Source: Candidatus Spongiisociaceae bacterium (lineage in GTDB: Bacteria > Actinomycetota > Acidimicrobiia > Spongiisociales > Spongiisociaceae). From it: a DNA stretch of 64,000 bases. The notes beneath the pieces are model-generated. The model did not search any database. It was not told the origin of the DNA and saw nothing but the letters and a program-made list of their open reading frames with translations. Below are positions 29,626 to 39,845 of this stretch, piece by piece. A program made the translations under genes and the position numbers. The stretch lies in NCBI GenBank assembly GCA_965262915.1, contig OZ253564.1:4050909-4114908 (forward strand), read 5' to 3'. Position 1 is the stretch's first letter. Each line of letters starts with the position of its first letter.

Positions 29626-30141
29626 ATGACAGAAGCGACCGGCAGGATCACCAACGACCCAATCGACTGGAAGATCCACAACTGGGAACAAGTACTCCCC
29701 GGTACGGGATTCGACAGAATCGAAGCTACCGCCCGCCTGGTACAACTCGGGGCCGCCTTAACCGAAACACTGGACCAAATCGCGAGGCAAGAAGGCCTGG
29801 CAAACCAGGGCGACTACCAAGTCCTCTCGATACTCCGACTCGCACACCACCAAGGCCAGCTCGTCACCGCCACCGACGTGGCAACCAAGCTCCAAATGAC
29901 CACTGCAACAATGGTGAACCGCATAGACCGACTCGAAAAGCTCGGCTACACCCAACGCACTCCCCACCCGACCGACCGCAGGTCCACAAACCTCACCATC
30001 ACACCAGAAGGGATAGCCTGCGTCCAGCGCATGGTCCTTGACCGCACCAAAGAAAGAGAACGACGGCTGGCCGTGCTCACCGACGACGAGCGTGCCGCTC
30101 TCACCACCACACTCGCAAAGCTCGCCGCAGCGTGGACCTAA
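29626..30141 (+). CDS. MarR-family transcriptional regulator
   Basis: MarR wHTH ...LVTATDVATKLQMTTATMVNRIDRLEKLGYTQRTPHPTDRRSTNLTITPEG. Confidence 0.85.
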   Translation: MTEATGRITNDPIDWKIHNWEQVLPGTGFDRIEATARLVQLGAALTETLDQIARQEGLANQGDYQVLSILRLAHHQGQLVTATDVATKLQMTTATMVNRIDRLEKLGYTQRTPHPTDRRSTNLTITPEGIACVQRMVLDRTKERERRLAVLTDDERAALTTTLAKLAAAWT

Positions 30142-31346
30142 CAACAGGCAAAGCGGACACGAGCACAGCGTCGACGCTCAGCGAGACAGACAGAACAAAC
30201 CCCAACGGCCATAACACTCCCACCGGCGTAACGCCCGGTAGCGTGGTCTCACCTGTGGCCGGTATTTGCAGGTATCCGTCCCATACCTGCATTACGAAAC
30301 AACTACGCGTCGGGTGGTCTTGGGTCGGTTGGGCGATACTCGGCCAAGTCCATGAGCGCTGTGATCTGCCGCGCTCGCGCCCGTACTATGGGTAGCGGGT
30401 AGCGTGGGAGCAAGTTTCGTGCCGCAGCCAGTACGGTCCGAGCTTGTGATGACGAGTCCTCAGCTTTGCTCTTGTATTTGCCCACGAACACGTCGGTCTG
30501 GGCGGTCTCCCTCCAATCGTTCCATGAGCCGATGGTTATCAAGGCTGCCTCAAGGCAAGCACGCTTAGTCACGTGCTCGATGGCGGAACCGCTCTGGGAT
30601 CGGCGAGAGTGCCCGGTTCACGACGCCCGCCGCCGTAAAGCCGTCTATGTCACCGCGCACGAACTGTGAGCAGGACGTGTCGTCTGCGACGCGCAAAAGG
30701 ACCATAGCCAAGACGGACCATTCCCAAAGGTCACGTGGAATGTCCAAAAGGGACTAGGACCAGTGGAGCGTCCCGGTACCGGGCTTTGCGGCGTTGTTCC
30801 CAGTGGCCTTCCATGGATGGCCTCTCAAGTGCCGCAAGAAGTCGCTTCCAATCTGCAGTTAGAAACGGGTAGCGGGCTATCAACACGATGGGCAGAAGAA
30901 CTAAGCTCGCCACGACTAGCGTGATCTCCGGGTACAGGTCCAACAACGCGGCTGTTTCTGGGGGGAGGGTGTCCCATAGTGGGAACTCGAGGGGTAGGAG
31001 GCTATGGGCTAGGACTGCAGCGAGTGCTCGTTTACACGGTCAACGCTGCCCTCGGCTCAGGTCGCAGCACTGTGCTCCTGTTAGAGGGTGGGCCGCCGAT
31101 GGAAGCTATGACGCCCCGGGGTCGACCACTACTTCGGTTATCTATCCTGAACCGCACCGGGTAACCATCAACTCTCCGGGAAGCCCGGTGTGTTCAAGAG
31201 CGCCTCGAGCACGAAGACTCCACAGCCCATGGCCGATGTCCGAGGGTCACGACAAGCGCGGGCCGGAATGGTCGAAACCCCGAAACTCAAGGCCGTCCCC
31301 CCGCAACGGCTCATACTCCCGGCGGGTGAGCGGGAGACTCAGAACA

Positions 31347-32657
31347 CTAGGCCGTACCCTCGGGGTCGGTGGAATCTTGGGTGCTGCGGCGGAGCGAGTC
31401 GAGAATGTCCACCCCGGTCGCAGCCTCTATCTGCTCGGTCAGAGCCACCAGGGCGGCTGGCAGCTGGGACACCAGGCTGGGTATCCCCCCGCCATCGCTC
31501 CCTCGGTTGCTGCCGGTGTCCACGACTGCCACCCGGTCGATGCTGACGCCTTGCACGGTGGCGACGATCTTGTCGACGAGGTCGGGAAGCATGTTGAGCA
31601 CCAGCACGTGATGCCCGTCCGCACCGGCCGCCTGGTACTGGTCGGTGAGCAGCCTGAACACTTCTACTTGGGCCATGCCGTCCTCGATGATGCTCGCCGC
31701 TTCGGCTCGGGCCTGCAGCTGCCGGGCTTCGAGGTCGGCACGGGCCGGGACCACGACCGCGGCTTCGACCCGTCGCGTCTCCATCTCGATGCGCTGTCCT
31801 TCCAGTTCCTGGCTGGCCACCACTTTGGCGACCTCACCCGCTACCAGCGCTTCCTCCTCGCGAGCGTTGGAGACGGCTTCGAGTTCGGCGGTTCGTACTC
31901 GCAGACCGTTCTGTTCCACCACGATCGCCCTGTCCGCCTCGAGGCCGGCGATCTGTCCCACCTGCCGGGCGGCTGCCTCGGCCTGCTCCGCCTCGGCCCG
32001 CCGCTCTGCCTCCGCCACGCGGGCATCACGGATTACCTTGGCGGTAAGTTGGCGACCCACAGAGGTCAGGTACCCGACATCGTCGGTGACGTTCTGGATC
32101 TTGAGAACGTCCAGTTCCAACCCCAAGGTCTTGATGTCGTCGTCAGCCTCGTCGATCAGCTGCTGGGAGAACTTGAGTCGATCCTCGTTCACCTCTTCCG
32201 GCGACATGGTGGCGAGCACGCCACGCAGGTTGGCTTCCAGCGTCTCCTTGGCGATCTGCCCGATCTGTGTAGTCGTCCGCCCCAGGAACCGCTCGGCGGC
32301 GTTCTCCAGCAAACCTTCACGGCTCGACACCTTCACGTTGGCGATCCCCGCCACGTTGAGAGGAATCGTCCCCTTCGAATAGGCGTTGGTCACCGCGACT
32401 TCCAACGGGATGGTGTTCAGGTCCATCCACTGGACCCGCTCGATGACGGGAATACGGATGGTCCGCCCTCCCTGCAGAAGGCGGTAACCCACCTCCCGTC
32501 CGTCGCTCAGCTCCCGTTTACGACCGGAAATTACTGCCACCCGGTTGGGTGGGCAGATAATGATCAGAGACTTGACTATAAGGATCAGGATCAGCAGCGC
32601 CACGGCCGCCGCCACCCCGACCAACAACGAAACCCACCACGCTCCTCCAGCCATCAT
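31347..32657 (-). CDS. Flotillin / SPFH (band 7) domain protein
   Basis: N-terminal TM plus SPFH domain and long Ala/Glu-rich coiled coil; 436 aa. Confidence 0.9.
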   Translation of the reverse strand: MMAGGAWWVSLLVGVAAAVALLILILIVKSLIIICPPNRVAVISGRKRELSDGREVGYRLLQGGRTIRIPVIERVQWMDLNTIPLEVAVTNAYSKGTIPLNVAGIANVKVSSREGLLENAAERFLGRTTTQIGQIAKETLEANLRGVLATMSPEEVNEDRLKFSQQLIDEADDDIKTLGLELDVLKIQNVTDDVGYLTSVGRQLTAKVIRDARVAEAERRAEAEQAEAAARQVGQIAGLEADRAIVVEQNGLRVRTAELEAVSNAREEEALVAGEVAKVVASQELEGQRIEMETRRVEAAVVVPARADLEARQLQARAEAASIIEDGMAQVEVFRLLTDQYQAAGADGHHVLVLNMLPDLVDKIVATVQGVSIDRVAVVDTGSNRGSDGGGIPSLVSQLPAALVALTEQIEAATGVDILDSLRRSTQDSTDPEGTA

Positions 32658-33220
32658 TCACCATCCGCTTTCTCTTGTTCTTGTCTTGCGATTAGAGCCA
32701 CCCCGCCATCCACACCGACGATCGTCACTCTCTCACCTTTCGCCAAGCGGTCCTCCCATCTGGCGGGCAGGGCACTGATCCGGAGGCGTTGCCCGGCCGC
32801 TCCCACCACTATCTGCCCCCGCCGCTTGGCGGAGACACCCAACACGACCAGACCGTTCGCTCCCTGAAGGTCCTGATTGGTCACTTCGCTCGACGCCTCG
32901 GTACGGCGCAACCAAGAAAAGAAGGCGTTGTGGAAGGTGGCCCCGAGCACTCCCATCGCCACCGAGATCGATACACCCGGGAACGGAGATGCACCGGCCC
33001 AGACCGTGATCACGCCCGCTAGGCCGAATACGGTAGCCGCAAAGGCAAGGGCGCTGATCGACACCCACGAGAACATGCCGCCTTCCGCATCGGCGTCGAC
33101 GTCAACTCCCCACGACCCACCCAAGGCGTAAGCCACCATGATGGTCAACCCGATCCCTAATGCGAAGAGGTAGAGGACCACTGAAGCTGCTCCTGACCTG
33201 ACGTCGCGTGAACTCCACAA
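32654..33220 (-). CDS. NfeD-family membrane protein (flotillin partner)
   Basis: Multi-TM N-terminus plus C-terminal OB-like domain; overlaps flotillin gene start (operon). Confidence 0.8.
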   Translation of the reverse strand: MWSSRDVRSGAASVVLYLFALGIGLTIMVAYALGGSWGVDVDADAEGGMFSWVSISALAFAATVFGLAGVITVWAGASPFPGVSISVAMGVLGATFHNAFFSWLRRTEASSEVTNQDLQGANGLVVLGVSAKRRGQIVVGAAGQRLRISALPARWEDRLAKGERVTIVGVDGGVALIARQEQEKADGE

Positions 33221-33468
33221 TAGCGGTAAGCCGGGGGTTGAGGTCGTGGAAGCAACCGAGCGCGGCGGGCACCGACCAGGGGAGGGTGCTCAACAAGCCC
33301 CGCCGGCCCGACGCTCGATGACAGAATGCCACGCCAGCGGACAAACGGGCCAACTATGTTACCCGTGCACGTTCCAACGGACCACTACGAGGGATAGCGC
33401 ACCGGCACCTGCAAGGGCGCCGGCCGGTGCATGGCGATGGCCGGCAGCCGGGGAAACCTCGGCACGCC

Positions 33469-34755
33469 TCACAGGCTTCCGACGAGGTCCTCGACCGATT
33501 CGACCAGACCGTCGAGGTCCGCCGAGGTCATGGCCGTGGACAGGCAGCCCATACCGCGCGGGGCGAGGAAGTAGCCCCTGTTCATGAGCCCCAGGTGCAG
33601 CAGCTCGGTCAGCGCGGGATCGGCGCGGCCTACCGCATGACTGTCGGTGATCTCATCGCCGGTGGCGTGGATGTTGAAGAGGGAGCCGACTCCGGTCATT
33701 CCGGCCGGTATCCCGGACGCTTCGAGTACCTTGTCGAGCCGCTCCGTGAGCTGTTCCCCGTCGCGGTTCAGTTGGTCTATCACCTCGGGGGTCAGGGCTT
33801 CGAGGGTCTGGACTCCGGCGGCGGCGCTGACGGGGTTGCCGTTGAAGGTGCCGCCCCAGCGGATGCTTCCCTCGATGGGATGGAGCAAGGCCATGACGTC
33901 CCTCCGCCCCCCGAAAGCGCCGATCGGGAAGCCACCGCCGATGATCTTGCCGAAGGTGGTCAGATCCGGTTCGATCCCGTACCTCGCCTGCGCGCCCCCC
34001 GTGTGCAGGCGGAACGAGATGATCTCGTCGAAGATGAGCAGCGCGCCGGTACGCCTGGTCGCCCCCCTCAGGTATGCGAGGAACTCCGGATCGGCGGCTA
34101 CCACACCGCCGGCGCCGAGGACCGGCTCGATGATCACAGCGGCCAGCGAGCCGGCAACGCTTGCCATCCTCTCCTCGCAGCCCGAAATGTCGTTGAATGG
34201 GAGGGTGATCACCAGGTCCCCGATCAGGTCCGGGACTCCCGCCCCCGGCGTGGCGCTGTAGTCGTGGGTGCCGTGGTAGCCCCCTTCGAAGCGCGCCACG
34301 GTAGGGCGGCCCGTAAAGGCGCGAGCCAGCCGGAATGCGGCCATCGTCGCCTCGGTTCCCGAGTTGGTGAATCGGACGTGGTCGACCGAGGAGACCCGCT
34401 CTACGAGCACCTCGGCCAGCCTCACCTCCTGCTTCGTGGGTGACGAGAAGGCGGTTCCGCGGCCGGCCGCCCCCAGAGCCGCGGCCAGGACCTCGGGGTG
34501 GGCGTGGCCGAGGATCAGGGAGGTGTAGTTGTTGAGGTAATCGACTCGGCGGTTGCCGTCGACGTCCACGATTTCGCACCCCTCTCCCCGGACCAGGACC
34601 GGAGGGTATGGTGCGAAGAACGTGGTTGTGCGGGTGGTGCCTCCTGGGAGCACCACCGAAGCCCGGTCGGCGATCTCCATGGAACGAGGATTACGGGCCA
34701 GGTACTCGTTGCTGACCTGGCGCAGAGCTTCTGTGCAGTTGAATCCGGAAGGCAA
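33469..34755 (-). CDS. Class III aminotransferase, glutamate-1-semialdehyde 2,1-aminomutase-like
   Basis: PLP fold motifs ...FDEIISFRLHTGGAQARYGIEPDLTTFGKIIGGG; 428 aa. Confidence 0.9.
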   Translation of the reverse strand: MPSGFNCTEALRQVSNEYLARNPRSMEIADRASVVLPGGTTRTTTFFAPYPPVLVRGEGCEIVDVDGNRRVDYLNNYTSLILGHAHPEVLAAALGAAGRGTAFSSPTKQEVRLAEVLVERVSSVDHVRFTNSGTEATMAAFRLARAFTGRPTVARFEGGYHGTHDYSATPGAGVPDLIGDLVITLPFNDISGCEERMASVAGSLAAVIIEPVLGAGGVVAADPEFLAYLRGATRRTGALLIFDEIISFRLHTGGAQARYGIEPDLTTFGKIIGGGFPIGAFGGRRDVMALLHPIEGSIRWGGTFNGNPVSAAAGVQTLEALTPEVIDQLNRDGEQLTERLDKVLEASGIPAGMTGVGSLFNIHATGDEITDSHAVGRADPALTELLHLGLMNRGYFLAPRGMGCLSTAMTSADLDGLVESVEDLVGSL

Positions 34756-34847
34756 CGTTTCTCCTAAGCGAGGGCCCGACCGACTCTACCGCCTGCTCAA
34801 GGTCGAGGAGGTAGCCACATAGCTCCGGCGGACAACCGACAACCGAC

Positions 34848-35747
34848 CTAGGGCAGGCTCTCGCACGCCTCCCCGTCACCGTCCCCATCGAGCCTGGCCA
34901 CATCCCCGTAGTGCGGGAAGTAGGTGTCGAACCACTCCTGGGCCTCGGCTTGGGTGGAGAAGTCAGGGCAGTTCTTGGAGTTGCCAGGATCGGGCGGAAC
35001 CTCGGTGGAGGTCGTCCCCGCTGAAGGTCCCGGTATGTCCAGGGTCGGGGTATCCAGGGTCGGGGTATCCAGGGTCGGGGTATCCAGGGTCGGGGTATCC
35101 AAGACCGGGAACCCCAGCACCGGCATCCGGATGTTCCGGATGTTGAGGGTCGAACCGGAACACTCTCCGGCCACCAGTCCGTGGAGGAAGTCGGACTCCC
35201 GCTGATCCATGGTCAGGTTCCAATTGGCCTTGGTGGCCACCCAGGCCGCCACGTAGGAGCAGGTGAAGTCGGCGTTGGAGGGCATCCACTCGGAGGGATC
35301 ACGGGCCCCCTTCGATCTGTTGGACCGGGCCGTCACCGCCACCAGGGCACCCTCGTCGTTGGCAAAGGCCTGCCGACGATCCCCGCTCCAGGCGTGCGCT
35401 CCCGAGTCCCAGGCCTCCGCCAGCGGTACCAGGTGATCGATGTCCAGGGACGACGGGCCCTGCACCCACTCGTCGTCGTAGTACGAGTACCACAGACCCG
35501 AGACGATCCAACAGGTGCGGTCCGGATCCAGCACGGACTCGACCCGCGAATCCCTGATGAGCACCTCCCGGCGGGTATCGCAACCGTCGCTGTCGAGGTC
35601 ACTCCAGTGCGCGAACAGCCGACGGTCGTAACCGGACCGCTGCTCCGGAGCGACGGCGAGCTCTTCGAGAATCTCGATGACGAGACGGGCGGCTCCTGCA
35701 GGACCGCCTTCGGAGGGCGTCTCCTCCGGAGCCGACTGCGGGTGGGG
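34848..35747 (-). CDS. DUF1524 (His-Me finger/HNH-like) nuclease domain plus PTLDT pentapeptide repeats plus C-terminal Excalibur calcium-binding domain; frame continues upstream of track start, likely C-terminal part of a frameshifted SLH-nuclease gene
   Basis: YDRRLFAHWSDLDSDGCDTRREVL...DIDHLVPLAEAWDSGA...RSNRSKGARDPSEW; Excalibur CPDFSTQAEAQEWFDTYF...LDGDGDGEACE; upstream frame open through linker SAPEETPSEGGPAGAA. Confidence 0.7.
   Translation of the reverse strand, partial: PHPQSAPEETPSEGGPAGAARLVIEILEELAVAPEQRSGYDRRLFAHWSDLDSDGCDTRREVLIRDSRVESVLDPDRTCWIVSGLWYSYYDDEWVQGPSSLDIDHLVPLAEAWDSGAHAWSGDRRQAFANDEGALVAVTARSNRSKGARDPSEWMPSNADFTCSYVAAWVATKANWNLTMDQRESDFLHGLVAGECSGSTLNIRNIRMPVLGFPVLDTPTLDTPTLDTPTLDTPTLDIPGPSAGTTSTEVPPDPGNSKNCPDFSTQAEAQEWFDTYFPHYGDVARLDGDGDGEACESLP
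35041..35100. repeat. 15-bp tandem repeat x4 perfect (plus degenerate flanking copies) encoding (DTPTL)n
   Basis: agggtcggggtatcc repeated, read directly. Confidence 0.9.
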
Positions 35748-36393
35748 TAGGTGGCAGGCCGCGCCCCGAGAGGTTGTGCCACAAACCGACCACGTACACC
35801 GCCATCCGGGCCCGGGTGACGGGCTGGTCGCTGCGTCCTTCCCCGGTCGTGGGAATCACGTTGAGCGCCTCGAGGCAGGTGACCGCCTCGTCGAGTTCCG
35901 ACTCGAGGTCCGGGCAGCTCTCCCCCGCCTTCTCGTATGTCCGCAGCAGGAACCGGGATATCTGGGACACGGTGAGCTTGGACTCCGGCCCGAAAGTCGT
36001 GGCTGTAACGCCTTTGGTTATCGCCAGGTTGTATAGGCATTCGATGTTGGCGACGTGGGGGCTGCCGGACGGGACATCGGTGAAGGGTGTTCCCCCGCCG
36101 GGACATTGCCTGTCCAGCACGTCCCGCCACAGACGGACCAGAAAGGAGGCCATCTGGGCACGGGTAAGTTCGGCTTCCGGACCGTACCCTCCGTCCGCCC
36201 GCCCCTTGGACATGCCCAGGGTCTTCATGCAGAGGATGTACTCTGCCCCGTAGTCGTCTGTACCGACATCGCTGAACTGCTGGGTGGCGAAGCTGTCGCA
36301 CAGGTCGCCGTTCTGGGCCTCGACCACCGTCGGTCCGTGAACGAGAGCCGCGGCACCCAGCGCCACCACGAAGATAGCTGCGACAAACCTCAC
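35599..36393 (-). CDS. Secreted SLH-domain protein (signal peptide plus 2 S-layer homology domains); C-terminal 50 aa of track ORF look out of frame (Arg-rich)
   Basis: Signal MRFVAAIFVVALGAAALVHG; SLH motifs FSDVGTDDYGAEYILCMKTLGMSKG...LTRAQMASFLVRLW and FTDVPSG...ISRFLLRTY. Confidence 0.6.
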   Translation of the reverse strand: MRFVAAIFVVALGAAALVHGPTVVEAQNGDLCDSFATQQFSDVGTDDYGAEYILCMKTLGMSKGRADGGYGPEAELTRAQMASFLVRLWRDVLDRQCPGGGTPFTDVPSGSPHVANIECLYNLAITKGVTATTFGPESKLTVSQISRFLLRTYEKAGESCPDLESELDEAVTCLEALNVIPTTGEGRSDQPVTRARMAVYVVGLWHNLSGRGLPPTPPAVGSGGDALRRRSCRSRPSRHRDSRRARRRSGAAVRLRPSAVRALE

Positions 36394-36773
36394 TGCGCTC
36401 TGGCGGACCTCCCGAACCCCACTCTAACCAGGGGTTTTGCAACTCCGGGAGCTATGCCGAGCCACAGCTTTCAACGGCTGCGACCGAGACACGGATCCAT
36501 GACACACCGGGCAATCTTCTGCTTGCTCAGCAACTCCGGAGAGTAGGGCTTGGGGGAGGTCTGGTCGCGATATAGCTACACGCGATATAGCCTAAATTGG
36601 TATTGCTAACACGGCTTAGTTAGCCATGACGACCGATTCCGGATCAATCAGACCGGACCTGCGCGGCGGGCTGTAATCGGTGATGGCGGCGGATCGTGGT
36701 CTGTGAGGCTCCGGTTGTCGATGCCGGTAGAGTTGTCGATCGGCCGGTATTCGCGAGGAAGGATCACCATCCG

Positions 36774-37781
36774 ATGACCAGTGGGCGCGTGGGTATGTGT
36801 TTCCTCGACCGGCCCGATCCACGCCGGCAGGTGGCGCTTTCCCTCAGGATGGAAGAACTAGGTTACGATTCGGTCTGGGTGTGCGAGACCCGCACCGCCC
36901 GGGATGCCATCTCGGTCCTGGGCGCCATCGCCTATGCGACCCGCACCATCAGGCTCGGTACCGGGGTGGTCAACTCGTGGACGCGGCCCGCTTCGCTGAT
37001 GTCGCTCACGTTCGCCACGCTGGACGAGCTGGCGCCCGGCCGAATGCTGCTCGGGATCGGCGCTTACTGGGATCCGCTGGCCTGGAAGCAGGGAATCGAC
37101 CGTCGCAAGCCCGTGAAACAGATGCGAGAGTACATCGAGGTCACCCGCCGGCTCCTGGATCTCGAAACGGTCACGTTCGAAGGTGAGATGGTGGCGGTGC
37201 GCGACCTGCGTCTCGACCTGGGACACGGGGTGACCCGGACCCCCAAGCAGGTGCCGATCTACGTCGGGGCCACCGGCCCGCAGATGCTGTCCCTCTCGGG
37301 TGAGTTGGCCGACGGGGTGATGCTCAACGGCTTCACCTCCCTGACCTACCTGGCCGACGCCCTCGCACACATCGAGCGGGGCACCCGGCGGACCGGCCGG
37401 CACCTGGACGACCTCGACCTTCCCCAGACGATCGTCATCGCCATGGACGAGGACGAGGAGAAGGCGCTCGAGGTGGCGACCCGGATGACGACTATGTACC
37501 TGGGCCAGCAACCCCACATCGCCCGGGCCAGCGGCGTCGACCAGGACCTCCTGGACCGCGTGCGCGACGCGATGGGTGGTTGGCCACCCCGGGAGTGCGG
37601 CATCGAGGATGCCATGCCCCTGGTACCCACCCACGTGGTCCGCTCGCTTACGGCGGCCGGTACGCCGGAACAGTGCTTGGAGCAGGTAGCCGCCTATGCG
37701 GTCCGACCCAATATCTACCCGGCCCTGCTCCCGATCACCGAGAACTACGAGGAGATCATCGAGGTGTTCGCACCCCGGTGA
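36774..37781 (+). CDS. LLM-class (luciferase-like) flavin/F420-dependent oxidoreductase
   Basis: LLM fold motifs; Met after GAGGAAGG RBS. Confidence 0.85.
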   Translation: MTSGRVGMCFLDRPDPRRQVALSLRMEELGYDSVWVCETRTARDAISVLGAIAYATRTIRLGTGVVNSWTRPASLMSLTFATLDELAPGRMLLGIGAYWDPLAWKQGIDRRKPVKQMREYIEVTRRLLDLETVTFEGEMVAVRDLRLDLGHGVTRTPKQVPIYVGATGPQMLSLSGELADGVMLNGFTSLTYLADALAHIERGTRRTGRHLDDLDLPQTIVIAMDEDEEKALEVATRMTTMYLGQQPHIARASGVDQDLLDRVRDAMGGWPPRECGIEDAMPLVPTHVVRSLTAAGTPEQCLEQVAAYAVRPNIYPALLPITENYEEIIEVFAPR

Positions 37782-38292
37782 CCGGCGGGGGTCCCGGCCT
37801 CCTCGAGACAGCGAGGTGGCGGCACCCGCTTGGCTCGCCGTAGCCGGTCCCTACCACCTACGCCGAGACTGCCAAAATCTCCCTCAAGACGTGGCTCGAG
37901 GGGGTTGACAGCGTCCCTGAGAAGGTGCACCTTTGAAGGGAACCGGACATCGCCCCGTTCGGACACCATGACCAGACACCGAGTACGGCTTCACGCGGAA
38001 CAGGGTCACAGTTACGCCGGACGGTAAGGGCACCGCGCCGAACCACGCCGGCTCACGATAGGCCTGTGTTGATTCAGAGACCCGTCCTATGTAGCAGCCG
38101 CTGACAGGAAGCCCGAGAGAATACCATCTCCAACGAATCGTAGGACTATGTGACCTATAAGAGCGGATCAAGACCGAAAAGGGCTCGACCGATTGTCGCA
38201 GTCGCTGCCTATTCAACGTCAACCAGATTCTCGCTGACTCTGCACCATTGTGTGCCCTGGCTATCTAACAAACATTCACTGTTCTGACTGTC

Positions 38293-38556
38293 ATGGCTAG
38301 GTTCCTACGTTCGGCCTTCAAGCACGGATATTCAGAAGAAGACATACTAACCGCGCTCGAGAACCCGATCAGCGTCGAAGAAAGGCTCAACCATGTCGGA
38401 GAATCAATTGCAGTAGTATTGGGATTTGCTGTGTCGAGCATCCACCTGATCGAAGTCATGTATGAACGTGAACACACGACAGGCGAACCTATAGTATTTC
38501 ATGCTCAGAAGGCTCCACGGGGAACAGTCGAGAGGTATTCAGGGTCTTGGGGTTGA
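38293..38556 (+). CDS. BrnT-like (DUF497) toxin candidate
   Basis: FKHGYSEEDILTALENP...GESIAVVLGF...IHLIEVMYER...IVFHAQKA...ERY pattern resembles BrnT; lies in 50% GC islet. Confidence 0.55.
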   Translation: MARFLRSAFKHGYSEEDILTALENPISVEERLNHVGESIAVVLGFAVSSIHLIEVMYEREHTTGEPIVFHAQKAPRGTVERYSGSWG

Positions 38557-38936
38557 CACAGACCCGGAAGCATGGCATGGTTGACGCGGTGATAAAACCA
38601 TATCCCGAAACTCGAGAGGAACAGGAGGAGCGCCTCCTGAAGCTCCACGAAGCTGCAGAGGCAGGGTGCTTCGACAACGTGTTTGTGGAGCAAGTCAACT
38701 ATCTGATAGGTCAACTGCCAGAGGGATACACACTGGACGAAGAGGCGCGTGTTGTTCGCTCGAATCCCAACATGCCGGATCACGTATACGTAACATCGCG
38801 GGTGAACGGGGTACCTTCCGGACGGGTGAAGATTCCGGTGTACACGGGAGAGCCGTCGCTGCCGGACCAGCGAGCCGCCGATCTCGATCCGGATCGTAAG
38901 TCTCGCCGGGTCGCAGGTGGGGTTCGGCTCACATAG
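38547..38936 (+). CDS. Hypothetical protein, possible BrnA-like antitoxin partner
   Basis: Overlaps BrnT-like gene end; toxin-first order as in brnTA; no confident domain. Confidence 0.35.
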   Translation: MGLTQTRKHGMVDAVIKPYPETREEQEERLLKLHEAAEAGCFDNVFVEQVNYLIGQLPEGYTLDEEARVVRSNPNMPDHVYVTSRVNGVPSGRVKIPVYTGEPSLPDQRAADLDPDRKSRRVAGGVRLT

Positions 38937-39053
38937 GTCCGTCCGGACTCAATCCGTAGGACGCTGAGCCCGGAACCAACGAGTCGACGCGACTCGGACG
39001 CCTACCGTAACGACCGACCCCCGCCCCGCTGGGCGAGCGCGTTGTGGATGGGA

Positions 39054-39821
39054 TCAGACGGCTACCCAGCCTCCGTCAACGATGAGGGTCTCGCCGGTGA
39101 TGTAGCTGCTGCCCGTCCCGGCCAGAAACAGCACTGCGTTGGCGATCTCGGACGGGACACCGAACCTCTTGAAGAGGGTCTGGTCCCGGATCGATTCGAA
39201 CAGTTCCCGGTTGGCGGGGTCGGTCCGCAGTTCGTAGTTCATGGTCGACTCGGTCCAACCGGGCGCCACCGCATTCGTGCGGATGCCAAACTCCGCCCAC
39301 TCGACCGCCATCACCTTGGTCAGGGCGATCACCCCCGCCTTGGCGGCCGAATAGGCGCCGATGCGGGCGAACGCCACCGGACCGGCGACCGACGCGATGT
39401 TGACGATCGACCCTGACCCCTGGGCAATCATCGAGGTCGCCGCTGCCTGCGACACGTAGAAAACGGACGACAGGTTGGCCTCGATCGCCATGCGCCACTC
39501 ATCCACGTCGAGGTTGTGGAGCCGGTTGAACTTCTGCCGACGGCCAGCGTTGTTGACCACGACATCGAGACCCCCCAGGCCGGTGCGAACCCGGTCGAGG
39601 GCCGATGCGATCTGCTCGGGGTCGGTCACGTCACAGGTCACCGCGAGGTGGGATCCGGCGTCGCCCTCCAGCATGGCGACGGTATCCTGCAGGTCGTCTT
39701 CCGTCCGGGCCAGGGCGGCGACCCGCGCTCCTTCGCCGGCGAAGGCCTGCGCTATTCCACGCCCGATCCCTCGGCTGGCGCCGGTGACCACCGCCACCTT
39801 GTCTTTCAGACCCAGGTCCAT
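39054..39821 (-). CDS. SDR-family NAD(P)-dependent oxidoreductase
   Basis: TGASRGIGRGIA Rossmann motif; YxxxK region; 255 aa. Confidence 0.9.
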   Translation of the reverse strand: MDLGLKDKVAVVTGASRGIGRGIAQAFAGEGARVAALARTEDDLQDTVAMLEGDAGSHLAVTCDVTDPEQIASALDRVRTGLGGLDVVVNNAGRRQKFNRLHNLDVDEWRMAIEANLSSVFYVSQAAATSMIAQGSGSIVNIASVAGPVAFARIGAYSAAKAGVIALTKVMAVEWAEFGIRTNAVAPGWTESTMNYELRTDPANRELFESIRDQTLFKRFGVPSEIANAVLFLAGTGSSYITGETLIVDGGWVAV

Positions 39822-39845
39822 TGATTCGCTCCTTGCTCGGGTGGA

